Program-made: the position numbers and the translations under genes
Shown: one piece after another, positions 11,727 to 23,552 of the stretch
How positions within the stretch are numbered: position 1 is the stretch's first letter
Layout: each line of letters opens with the position of its first letter
Assembly (NCBI GenBank): GCA_043228905.1
Contig: JBHGNT010000002.1
Coordinates: forward strand, 15,438,001 to 15,502,000
Reading direction: 5' to 3'
Source: Azolla caroliniana
Lineage: Eukaryota > Plantae > Polypodiophyta
DNA: 64,000 nt
The notes under the pieces: generated by a model
Databases searched by the model: none
The model's input: only the letters and a program-made list of their open reading frames with translations
What the model was told of the DNA's origin: nothing

Positions 11727-14700
11727 TGTCGTAGTGTATTTCGTACACTACGTGAAAATTGCATTTTTTCCATCCGGATATTCCGTGAGAACCAGACGAA
11801 GAGGGACCGGCAAGGAAGAAACGGCAAACCGGCAAGGAGGAATCGGCAAGGAAGAGCCGGATGAAGAAGGCCGGTGAGAGTCTCTTACGGGATGAAGAGA
11901 CACAATTGTAAATAAAAGAAACATTAAAAAATTTGTTACGTGCATAGGGCAAGATTCGAACCTTGCACCTCCACACAACCAAACTCCAGCCTTACCACTA
12001 TATTAACTTATTGTGAGTGTTTCAAATATAGTATACTTGAATTATAGTAATATCGTATACCAATTAATATAGTATACTCGTGTGATTCACGAGTTTCTTA
12101 TCTTTCTCTTTACTATCTACTTTCTCCTAGTCCAAAACCCCAGCGGTTCCCACCCGACTCACGTAACGATCCGGCGCCAAGAGGCCCGGCACAAGTGGTG
12201 AACCCGACGTGAAGGCGGGTGGCAAGGAGATGGAGAATCAAAAGGAGGCGATGAGCATAACGATGATGATGATGTTCGAGCGGATGCTACAAGAACAACG
12301 AGCGATGTCGGAGATCACGGCGGCAGTAAAGCAGCTCGTACAACGAAATGGACAATTCAACGAAAACGATGTGTCACGCTATCTACGTGACTACAAGGCG
12401 GAGATGATGCGATGTGGGATACCGGAAGGGTTGCAAGTGACATCCTTCAGTCGGGTAGCCACGGATGAGTTACAAGAAAGAATCTACAAGATACGGCAAC
12501 AAAATCCAACATGGGGGTCCTTTGAAGCTTTACGAGAGGCATATGACTATGAGAGATCGAAGGGACGAGATCGGCGAGAATTTGACGAATGGGTGGCATC
12601 GGAGAAGACCCACCGAAGTGCAACACAAGAATTCCTAGAGTTCGAGCATCATTTTGCTCGACTCTCGATGCGGGAACAACGATTGTTGGGGGAGGATAAA
12701 GTCCTAATGTTCGTAAAATCGATCGATCGAAAAGAAAGGATGGACATCAGGATCAAACTCGAAGACGATGACGGTGCGAATGGTCTTACCGAAGATTGGG
12801 CCGAAGTCCAAAGGGTATGCCGGAGACATGATGAGAGGAAGATGAGAATCTTGTCAACGACATGGCCGATGAAGGATGGTCGATTTAAGACAAACGATGG
12901 AGCCGATATGAAGGCCGAAATACAACATGATGGTGCGACGGAAGAGGGTGTAAAACAAGCTACCATCTTGTCTTGCGAAAGAACGACGGCGAAGGATAAG
13001 GCCGATAACCCAAGTGTAGAAGAAGATTTCGGAATGCAAGTGTTTGAAACATCGGCTGAAAAAGGGGTAAGCATAATTGATGTTTTCATAATTGATGCAG
13101 TGAAAGAGAGCAAGGAGGACTTGATTAAGGAGGTCGCCACGAAAGAGGACATCGAATCGAAGGTGGCTATGGACGAATCAATGGCGGATGGCCATATCGA
13201 GACTTCCCCACCACTGATTCTAGAGACTCCGGCGGCTGCGTTTGGAAGGCAACGTGAGACCGAAGAGACGGAAGGTGGTGGAGAGAAAACAAAGGTCGAA
13301 GCCGATTCATACGACGGAGAGATAGCCGAGAAGGTCGCTATGGTTGAAATGACAGAGGATGATAATACCGAGGGTTCATGCGCACTAATCCTAGACACTT
13401 CGGCGGTTGCGTCCGAGAACCAACGTGAGACCAGAGAGATGGCGGCAAGGAAGGTAAAGTCGGAAGCCGGTTCTGATGGAAGATGAACCGTCCGAAATTT
13501 CGGTCTAAAAGAAAGCTAAAGCAGGCGGAAGTGGATCTGGACAAAATCCGAGAGTTCGACACGGACAGAAATCATTCCAACCGGAAGTCGATCGAACAAG
13601 ACCGATCCGGAAAGAAGTTCCGGAAGTCAAATCAGTCGAGACCGGTGAAAACAAAGAAAAGAAAGAAAATCTTGACGGAAACTGATTGGTCGACACAAAT
13701 CCGGAAGGGGGCTGAATCGGTAAAAACCGATCAAAGTCCGAATCAGCCAAATACGAATCGGAATGGAAGCCGATCCAACCGAAAGACAATCGGATGATAC
13801 CGAATCGGAAAGAAGCTAATTTGACTCAACTGGAGATCCGGAAAGAAATCAATATTGATAAAGACAAGGAAGAGGCCAAGCAAAGACACTACCACGGATG
13901 ACAAGGACCAAGCGGGCCATAGCAATGCAAAAAGCGAACGAAGACTATGGTGGATCGGATGGCGACAATGGTTCGGGTGGAAAGAATGGATGTGTTCAAA
14001 ATGGAGAGACAAAGCCGACATAGCAAGAGAAACGGAGGGTACTACAAGTAAAGAAGAATTATGAGGGCGGGTAACCAGAGACCGGACAGAGCCAACAACC
14101 GAACCAAACCGGAAACCGAGCGGAGTCGGCAACCAAAAACCGGAGACCGAACGGGGCCGGCAACCAAAAATGACCGGCGACGAAACCAACCCTACGGAGA
14201 ACGGACGGACGAGACTAACAATCACCGACAACTTTGGCACATACCAGAGGATGTGCGGGTTCAGAGGGGGCGAGTGTCGTAGTGTATTTCGTACACTACG
14301 TGAAAATTGCATTTTTCCCATCCGGATAGAAAATGAAATACCCGGTGAGAACTGGACGAAGAGGGACCGGCAAGGAAGAAATAGCAAACCGGCAAGGAGG
14401 AATCGGCAAGGAAGAGCCGGATGAAGAAGGCCAGTGAGAGTCTCTTACAGGATGAAGAGACACAATTGTAAATAAAAGAAACATTAAAATTTCTGTTACG
14501 TGCATAGGGCAGGATTCAAACCCTGCACCTCCACACAAACAAACTCCAGCCTTACCATTATACTAACTTATTGTAAGTGTTTCACGTATCAAACCTTTAT
14601 TTTCTCCTACCTTTATTAAAAGGTAAGTCAAGCATTTTTAGAATGCGTGAAAACTTTATTTATATGCACACTAATAAAATTACGCGTGCACATCTAGCGG

Positions 14701-15095
14701 GCATGAATGCTAAATTTAGGAAATCATAGTGGGAAAAGTAAGGCATGCAAATTTAGAGAGCATAAACACTTTAGAAAAGCAAGAAGCTATGCTTAGCCTC
14801 TCCCCTCCTTATATAAGGAGGAGAAAAAGATGTACAAGGGTTGGTTATTTTTTTGGATTAAGTATTGATCAATATAAAAATTATTCGTGGGATTCACGAT
14901 TTATGCATCTACTTCTTTCTTAACAACCTAAGTACCAATTAATATAGTATACTCGTGTGATTCACGAGTTTCTTATCTTTCTCTTTACTATCTACTTATA
15001 ATTAATCTCTATCTCACGATCTCCTTTCTCCTAGTCCAAAACCCCAGCGGTTCCCACCCAACTCACGTAACGATCCGGCGCCGAGAGGCCCGACA
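11727..15095 (+). mobile_element. Non-autonomous gag-only LTR retroelement (TR-GAG-like) with tRNA-Trp PBS
   Basis: LTRs 11727-~12191 and 14275-15095 (TGTCGTAG...CCCGRCA); PBS TGGTGAACCCGACGTGAA 12196-12213; PPT AGAGGGGGCGAG 14263-14274; no pol motifs inside. Confidence 0.88.
12230..13486 (+). CDS. Gag-like protein with acidic, internally repeated C-terminus
   Basis: Uninterrupted ORF directly after the PBS; helical N-terminal region FNENDVSRYLRDY...W; E/D-rich tail. The gag call rests on position and general character. Confidence 0.65.
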   Translation: MENQKEAMSITMMMMFERMLQEQRAMSEITAAVKQLVQRNGQFNENDVSRYLRDYKAEMMRCGIPEGLQVTSFSRVATDELQERIYKIRQQNPTWGSFEALREAYDYERSKGRDRREFDEWVASEKTHRSATQEFLEFEHHFARLSMREQRLLGEDKVLMFVKSIDRKERMDIRIKLEDDDGANGLTEDWAEVQRVCRRHDERKMRILSTTWPMKDGRFKTNDGADMKAEIQHDGATEEGVKQATILSCERTTAKDKADNPSVEEDFGMQVFETSAEKGVSIIDVFIIDAVKESKEDLIKEVATKEDIESKVAMDESMADGHIETSPPLILETPAAAFGRQRETEETEGGGEKTKVEADSYDGEIAEKVAMVEMTEDDNTEGSCALILDTSAVASENQRETREMAARKVKSEAGSDGR

Positions 15096-16524
15096 ACGGA
15101 GTGTTGTCTCCCATTTCGACCACTCCTTGCTTTTCTGGTTTCTCCGCTCAATCCGGCTTTGTCTGAATCAGCTCTCTTCTTCTAGCACTCGCCCTCCCTG
15201 TGGCCTTTCTTGCCACAGTACCAACATTTTGTCGCGGCCTTCTCTTGCGAGCTTCTAGTGCCGCTATGACTCCCCCTACTTCCGGAGGGTTCGGAATTGC
15301 TTCCAACATTTCGATTATGCCTCGACTGCGCGCCAATTCGCCTCATCCGCCACGACCACGGGGCCTGTCTTCCTCCCTGTACAGCATCTTGCCATCGGCA
15401 TGCATACTCGTCGACTCACCCACGTGATTTTCCTCCATGAGCAACATCGACTGAAGCTCAAAGAACGAAGGCGTATTCTCCCTTGTGCAGACTACCGTTC
15501 AAAATGCTCTGAACTTTGACGCTAACCCTCCAAGACAAACCTGCACCATTTCGTCCTCCTTGACGTTCACGTTGACGGAGGCGAGAGAGTCGCTGATCTC
15601 CTTGATTCAAGTCGTGTAATCGGCCACAGACAGATCTTTCTGTCGGACATTGTTGAGCTCCTGCCTGAGCTGCAACTTCCTAGCCATTGTGCTAGTAGTG
15701 AAAATCCCCTTGAGATTTTCCCACACATCCTTTGGCGTCTTGGCATCCTTAATGTAGCTCAAGAGTTGGTCCCTCACGCTGGACGCGAAGTAGTAAAGAA
15801 CTTTGCTCGCCACTTGTTCCCAAGCCGAAAAATCTCTGTGTGTCGATTCGGGTGCTGTATCATTAGCTCCTTCGACATAACTCCAGTAACCATGACCAAC
15901 CAGGTACTGGTGCATCTTGTACGACCAAGATGCGTAGTTGCTCTTGTCGAGCTTCTCACTCGGTAGTGAGCTTCCCATTCCTCTGTCCATATTGTTGTCT
16001 TATCCTTTCTCAAAACAATAACTTAACTCTGTCTTTATAGCAAGCTTTTCTATCGGCTGCAGAGGAGTCTCAACCCTCGCACTCTGATACCATGTAAAAG
16101 AATACGTGTGCAGAAACGTATGCAAAAGACACAAAGTACACAATTCGGAAGTACGACAGTTCGGTAAAACGCAAAAATCACAGAGAAAGAGAGGGAGTGA
16201 CAGAGAGAGAAAGAGAGAGCATATAACGAAACTATATTAAAAAATAATTCTCTGTATATTCTTTGTACATACTTTGTGCTCGGTGAGCACCTTTTATACA
16301 AGCCTTGACTATTGGGATGACACAAGTACTTACAGTACTTGACCGCTCATAAATGAGCATCCTACACTTACTCCCAAAATTATTCCTTACAAGGAATAAC
16401 ATTCTAACGGCCTCTCGGTTTACACACCGCTACGGCCATATTTTGCGTACGGTTTTACGCACCTAGTCTACGCATTGGGTTACTCACCCGTTTACGCACC
16501 CAATGTTGAGCTTGTTTCTCAACA

Positions 16525-18679
16525 CTTTGGCGTTGGTCGGCGTTGGTGCTTGTAAGATGGCTATCACCTTATCCGGGTCTATAGCAATTCCGTGCTTGCT
16601 GACGATGTGTTCGAGTAACCTCGAAAACACATTTTGCCGGATTTGGGCTTAGTCGGTATTCTCGACAGTTCTCCAAACACATCCGGAGATGGTCCAGATG
16701 TTCTTCCTTCCGGCTATAGACTGCAAAATCATCCGAAAAGATACTTTTGGTGGCCCCGAAAAGATACTTTTGGAAGCAGCATTGAATGCGATATTTACAT
16801 TGAGCAGCACTACGGTGGAGGAGGTGTTGTTTTCTGTAGTTGAAGCTATTTGTTTTAGATGGGGTTCAATAGTTCAATAGCTTTCTACTTAATTATGTTG
16901 AATTTTTCTTTGTAATACTGAACTTTTTGGTATATTTCCTTTGGCCATTTTATGTTAATACCAATGGAGGATATTTTTTATGGAAAAAAAAAATCGTCCC
17001 AAAAGACCTGCATAAACGCCAGAATGTATTCTCCGAATATTTCCATGATAATCCCCTGGAACATCGCCAGTGTCGTCTTAAGTCCGAAAATTATAACTAT
17101 CGTGACAAACACTCACCCCTCTGTGATGAACGATGCCTTTTCCTGGTCCGCTGGGTGCATCCGAATTTGATTATAACCACTGAATCCGTCGAAATAACTA
17201 TGTACTTTGTGACCGTCTACCGCATCTAACACCCCATCTATGAATGGTAGCGGGAGCGCGTCCGTCACTGTGGTGGAATTCAGCTTCTGGTAGTCAACAC
17301 AAACCCAAATCTTTCCGTTTTTCTTTGTACGACGACTATCGGACTCAGCCATGTCAGTTGTTTCACTGGTTAGATAAAACCGACTCTTACCAACTTATCA
17401 ATTTCTTCTTTGAATTTTGCCGCATAATTTGGGTTCATCCGGTATCGTCCCTGCGCTACTGGCTTCGCGTCCTTGCTGAGGTGGATCTGACAACCCTCAC
17501 ATCTCTTCATATGACCAAGCAAACACATCTTGAAATTCTTTTAGTAGTTCAATCATCGTCATTTTCTCTTCCAGTGGCATTTCCTTCACCACGTTCACTG
17601 GTTTCGACTCTTCAGTGGTCTTGAGGTCCACCTCTTCTAGTTGGGATGCCTTTACTCTTCGAGATACGGCCATTTCCCACTACAGTGATTCCTGCGCTTG
17701 TCGCAGTTCCCAGATCGTCTCTCAATTCGGCTCGTCAAATTAGCCTTCCCAGTGTGTGACGGCTTCAGCTACGTCTACTTCAAATAACGACACGATCTTG
17801 GGGTACTCCTCTAGATATTGGTCGACTTTGTCATCGTACAATCCATTGAACATGTTAATGCTCTCTGCATATAACGGTGTTAGCTGCTTTGTTGCACCCG
17901 CTCGTTGTTTTGTCGACACCCGCACTTTAGTTTTCCCTCTACGAAAGGTAATCATGTTTTTTTGCCAATTTTGCTTAATATGTGTCGTTCAAATCCATGG
18001 TCTTCCTAATAACATGGGGTATGCCCCTGACGCATTAAGTTGCAAGACCACCGTGGAGATCCAGAATGCGTGCCCTCCGATTGTAATATCTAGGTTCTGG
18101 ATGAGTCTGGTTGGCCCGACCAAACTAGTATCCGCCATTCGCAACCAAAATGGGCATGGTTCCCATTCTAAGATGCCCAGGGTATCACATGTCCGTTGGA
18201 TGATTACGTTCACTCTGGAGCCTCCGTCCACAATCGTTCTAGTTATCTTGCTCCCTTTCATAATTATTGTAATTGCCGAACTGCTTGTGTCTACTACGAC
18301 CAGTCCTTCCTCCGGATTGGAGAAAAATGTTGGTGCCGGCTCTGGGTTTTATGATGTTACCACTGATTTCAGACCGTCTGTAAATCGAGGGACTAACTGC
18401 AGTAGGCAGCCTAGTGGCAACATGATATGACATTGTTGTAACGCCTGCCAGGTGGGGTCGTTGTTCGTGGTCCCGAGTGGTTCTTCCGGAGGCTTGACCT
18501 GTTCTTGTACTTCGGCCAGGTTCCGTTCATTTGCCTTTTGTATCCATTTTGTGGCCTGCTTCCTAATGGCCTCCTGGGTCTCCCACTTGGTGGATTTCCC
18601 TTGGATCTTGTGGTGATTTGTTGAACATCAGTAACGTCCACGGTCACCATATTTACTACCGGCTGCTTATCATTGGCCT
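16525..18679 (-). mobile_element. Ty3/gypsy element G, 5' half (gag end, protease, RT), degenerate
   Basis: Protease IVDGGSRVN, LLGRPW; RT IWVCVDYQKLN, DGFSGYNQI, F-x-DDF; ends ...APTPTNAK at the copia C LTR. Confidence 0.9.
16742..16989 (+). mobile_element. Short poly(A)-tailed retroposed insertion (5'-truncated LINE 3' end or SINE)
   Basis: A-run at 16984-16993; 17-bp imperfect TSD AAAATCATCCGAAAAGA (16725-16741) and AAAATCGTCCCAAAAGA (16990-17006). Confidence 0.75.
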
Positions 18680-18714
18680 TGTAAAGAATCAAGGGTGATT
18701 CTGTACAACGGAAG

Positions 18715-18773
<59 letters not shown>

Positions 18774-21700
18774 ATGTGAGACAATAGAGAATGAGAGAGA
18801 GAGTGAGAAATTGTATATATTACATCCAACAGTAACTAAGTTACAAAAGGTTGGTTTAAATACCAACTAGTCTAGGGCAAATGCCTTTTCTACTAATTAC
18901 AAAAATGTCCTAGTAATTGTCCACCGACTAGTGTGAACACTATTCCTATGGGAAGTTGAGTTCGATTCTCAACACGCTGTCGGGGTAGTTGTGGTTCGTG
19001 CGGCGAAGTCGCGGGGACTAAGGTTAAGGGGAGTTGAAGGAACTTAACTTTTAATAAGGCTTGTATGGTGATGATAGAATGGTTAAGGATAGTAAGAAGA
19101 AGAGTTACGAGTAATGTGTGTGTGTGTGAGAGAGAGAGACGAGACGAGAATAGATAGAAGATAGAGACAATATATGATTCAAGAAGCAAGATAGGGACAA
19201 AGTATGATTTAAGAAGCAAGAGTATTTGATATAAACATGATGTATATTAAAAAAACAATATTTTACCAACTTTACAATCCTTGATCACAAATTGAACACA
19301 TTCTCTACCGACCCTTGATTTGAACCCACAACCTTAACTTTGAAACGAGAGGTTCTCCACCCAATGAACTAATCTTCTTTACTTAATTGTATTATTTTCT
19401 CACTCTCTCTTGATTGATTGATTACTTTGTTTTCCCCCTTCTTCATCCCTTAATTCCTTGCCTCTCTTTATAGGTTCTCTCATGCATATGATGATATGGG
19501 GGTGCATGGCATGCATGTAATGCATGTGATGCATGTGATGCATGATCGCCATTTGGCGCACATGCTTTACATGTGATGCATGATAGCCATCATGCTCATC
19601 TAAGCTCTAATGTATGAAGAAACATGTCATAAGTATGATAAAAAATATAATTATAAAAAATAACTTATCCTAATGGTATATGCTTCGTCCTTGGTGTGTG
19701 AGGTTATGGGTTCAAGTCTCTCAAATGTTACTTAATACAATATTCAAGTTTATTTTTATATCGTGAAGCAAATCCTTCACGACAACGCCCCTTCAAACAC
19801 AACTTCCGGATGCCGAAAATTTGTTTTGGTTCAATATTTGAAAACTTCGATTCGACTGAATCAACTTTCGGTTTTCAAGAGCCTAGTAGACACGGCTTAC
19901 AATTTCGATTCTTCAATTCTCCGTGTTCGGTTGTTTGATTGTTTGTCCGTACTTTGACTCCTCTAGTCGGCTTCGATCGACTGATCAGCTACTGTTCGGT
20001 GCCAGTTGTTGTTGTACTCCCCCTCAAGCTGGGCTGGTTGGTGATTGAGAGACCAAGGTTCATTGCAAACTGTCGCAACTTGTCGATACCTAGGGTCTTC
20101 GTGAAGATGTTAGCCACTTGAAGATTCGCGTTGATGTGTTGTAGGTCGATATGTCCGGCTTGTACATGCTAGTAGATGAAGTGATAGTGTACTTTGATGT
20201 GTTCAGTTCACGCGTGGAACACGGGGTTCCGAGCCAAGTAGATACTGCTCATGTTGTCGCAATATAGGTGAATTGGATCCTTGATGAGTGCGCCCACATC
20301 TTTCAGGATACCCTTCAGCCATACGGCTTTGCATGCGATGACTGTTGCGCCCCTGTATTCAGCTTCCGTGCTCGACAATGCGATTGTCAGTTGCGTCTTG
20401 CTGCTCTAGGAGATCGCTCCGTTGCCGAGGGAGAAGACGAATCTGGAAGTCGATCGTTTATCAACCTTACAGTCGGCCCAGTCTGCATCCGTGTACCCCC
20501 TGAGACAAATAAGCGTATTCGACTTATACATGATGCCATAATCCATCGTCGTACTGACATACCGAAGTATCCTCTTAGCGCAATCGAGATGATCATTTTG
20601 TGGGTTCTGCATGAATTGGCTAAGCAGGCCAACTAAATAGCTAAGGTCGGGTCGTGTGATGGTTAGATAAATTAGGTTGCCAATCAGTTGTCGATACTGA
20701 GTCAGATGGCACTCGGTTGTGCCCGAATCGACATCGAGCTTGAGATTTCAATTGAGAGGGGTAGACACAGGTTTGCACTCAATCTTTCCGAACTTGTAGA
20801 GTAAGTTGAGAACGTAGTGTCGTTGAGAGATCAATATCCCGACTGGTGTTCGAATTAATTCAATGCCAAGGAAGTAATGGAGTTCGTGCATATCTTTCAT
20901 TTCGAATCTGCCGGATAGGAATGACTTGACCTTATTAATCTCGGCGAGATCCTTTCCTCCGATTACTAGATCATCCATGTACAGGATGATGACAATCGGG
21001 TTGTTCGACTCGTATCGGATGTACATGGAGTTGTCCGATTTCAACACTCGAAAGCCAATTTGTGAAGATACTGAGTGATCTTCGAATGCCAAGCATGCGG
21101 TGCTTGCTTAAGGCCGTAGAGTGGCTTCTTGAGTTGGCACACGACTTTCGGGTGAGTTCGCGATTCAAAGCCAGGTGGTTGTACCATATACACCTCCTCT
21201 TCCAATTCGCCTTGAAGAAAGGCATTCTTGACATCCATTTGGTGGAGGTGCCCCCCTTTTGCGAATGTGAGAGCTATGACTGCCTGAATAGTCAACATCT
21301 TTGCCACCGGGGAAAAGGTCTCCTCGTAATTGACTCGGTGCATTTGTGCATATCCTTTTGCGACAAGTCATGCTTTGAACCGATTTATGGAGCCATTGGC
21401 ATTGTATTTGACCTTATAGATCCATCTGCAACCAATCTCTTTCCTGTGAGGTGAATGGGGAAGATCCCACGTCTCGTTTTTGCACAAGGCCTACATTTTT
21501 TCATTCATCACGTCGACCCATCGCGGGTCTTTCATGGCTTCAGAAAGTGTTTCCGGCTCTCAGGCAATTGCTACCTTCATCATAAAGGTGTAATGATACG
21601 CCATATACTCATCGTAGCCGAAATAGCTTACGTGGTTCTTTTCTGTCTATGTCGTCACTATGAGCGAGGCCTTTGATCTCTTCAAGGATGTCATCAAAGA

Positions 21701-21875
21701 AGGGGCGTTTCTTGGATATTGATTCTCTTCAGTTTTCTTACTTTGACCCTCCCTATCTTCCATAGAATTCTTGTGGTCCACTCAGGGGCTCCTGTGGTCC
21801 ACTAAGCCTTGTCATGATCAAACTTTCTTCGAACATGTGTCTGAGTCAAAATCCGTCTTCTATCTCTCGTTCAAT
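18680..21875 (-). mobile_element. 3' half of copia element D (INT tail, RT, RH, ~1.1-kb 3' LTR 18680-19784)
   Basis: RT QMDVKNAFL and LYMDDL; RH HARTKHIK-like; PPT GAAGGGGCG next to LTR start TGTCGTGAAGG; LTR ends ...TTTACA at 18680. Confidence 0.82.
18719..18766. repeat. (TG)n microsatellite inside the copia D LTR
   Basis: About 24 TG units. Confidence 0.95.
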
Positions 21876-22607
21876 CAGCTTGCTCCTTGCTCCCATGCCA
21901 GGAAGTCTTTGTGTGCAGGCTCCGGTGCTACCTCGTTGGTTCCTTCTACATAGATCCAATATCCATGTCCCAGCAGGTACTAGTGCATTTTATATGACCA
22001 GGATGCATATGTGCTTTGGTCGAGCTTTTCCATCAGAAGTGAACTTGTCATTCCTCTATCCATCTTAGGTTCTCTTCGGTTCTTCATTGGGTGTTAGGGT
22101 TTGTCTTCACTAGTTGCTTGTCGGTTGCAGAGGTTCTCAACCCTCACACTCTAATACCATGCGAAAGTTAGCGTGCGGAAGCTTATGCCAAACCAGCTCT
22201 GCCGGACAGTAACAGTAAAGAGAAGAAGGTTTAATGGAAGCTTAACATAGAGAATAAGCATACACAGAGATAGAGAGAGGGAGAGAGAGAGCAGAACATA
22301 AAGCTCTATTCAAAATAATACTCTCAATATTTTGTGCATAGAATGTGCTTACAGAGCACTTTTATACAAGTCCATAAAGGACTAACAGAAGTACTGACAA
22401 GTACTTCAATGCTCACATGAGCAACTATCATTGACTCCCAAAAATATGCCTACGTACTAGGCTGGATCCGTAGGCCTCTAACGGCCTACTGGTTTCAATC
22501 CGACCCGGGTCTCCGATACGGCTCCTGGTTCCGGATATCATCCGGACACCGATCCAGCTCTAGCTTATTCAGCCGATCCGGATACGGTTGAGCTTGCTCA
22601 CTCAACA
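21876..22607 (-). mobile_element. 5' end of copia element E (LTR 22160-22607, PBS, gag N-terminus)
   Basis: PBS TGGTATTAGAG 22149-22159; gag MDRG...YASWSYKMH...AWEQGAS ends abruptly near 21878. Confidence 0.88.
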
Positions 22608-23552
22608 GACATCTTCACCAAGCCCCTTGGTCTCGACAAGTTACAGCACTTCTTGGGTGAGCTGGGTTTGCGTCACCTCGACACGCCAAACTTGAGGGGG
22701 AGATAGGAACAAGAGCGTGAAAGGAGCGGTAGTGACCGCGATGCCGAATCGGATGAAGAATTCGATTTCAAGCCGGCTGAAGAAGTCGAAGAAGAAAACA
22801 GGGGTCGTAATCGTAAGGAAGAGCCAAAGATAGCCGAACAAAGGGGAAATACAGCCAAGAAGGGCGTAAAGGTCAAGACCAAGACGTGGAAGTGACCGAT
22901 TTAATCGAAATGTTCGATTCGGACATTACGAATCGACTGCAGGCCAAGCGGAGGAAATGTAGCGAAAGAGGCGCCAACACCGCGATAGCAAGGGAGCTGA
23001 GAAGGGCCGCATGAGCAGACGAGTTGACCGGAAGGGTCGAAGCGCACGAAATTGAATGGGTCGAGGAGCGCGAGCAAGGCGTGAAGCTAGGAGAGGCCGG
23101 AGCAAAGATCCAGAAAAGCATATGGAACCTCAAATTGAGCTTGAGGGGGAGTGTTGAGAGACAAGCTCAACATTGGGTGCGTACCCCAATGGGTAGACTG
23201 GGTGCGTAAAACCGTACGCAAAATATGGTCGTAGCGGTGTGTAAACCAAGAGGCCGTTAAAATGTTATTCCTCGTAAGGAATAATTTTGGGAGTAAGTGT
23301 AGGATGCTCATTTATGAGCAGTCAAGTATTGTAAGTACTTGTGTCAGCCCAATAGTCAAGGCTTGTATAAAAGGTGCTCACTAAGCACGAAGTATGTACA
23401 GAGAACATGCAGAGAATTATTTTTTAATATAGTTTCGTTTTCTACTCTCTTTCTCTCTCTGTCTCTCCCTCTCTTTCTCTGCGATTTCTGCGTTTTACCA
23501 AACCGTGTACTCTGTGTTTTCGCATACGCTTCCACACACATATTCTTTTACA
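22608..23552 (+). mobile_element. 3' end of copia element C (RH end, charged tail, PPT, 3' LTR 23152-23552)
   Basis: DIFTKPLG...NLRGR; PPT TTGAGGGGGAG 23141-23151; LTR matches the reverse complement of 16093-16524; followed by CAAAG. Confidence 0.92.

Larger units (their letters stand above)
9450..16524 (-). mobile_element. Ty1/copia element C, 5' portion (host of A and of the Trp-primed element)
   Basis: RT 9450-10110; INT 10200-11500; protease broken at 11726 and resumed at 15096; gag 15150-15990; PBS-Met 16082-16092; 5' LTR 16093-16524. Confidence 0.92.

Noticed and set aside
11947-11966. Apparent compensatory stem change between the two LTR copies (GCAAG/CTTGC vs GCAGG/CCTGC)
   Set aside because: LTRs are identical at insertion; both changes fit CHG methylation decay, so they are not evidence of selection.
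13743-14387. 214-aa antisense ORF and Trp-rich sense peptide in the gag-only element
   Set aside because: Low complexity, starts inside the LTR, no recognisable domain.
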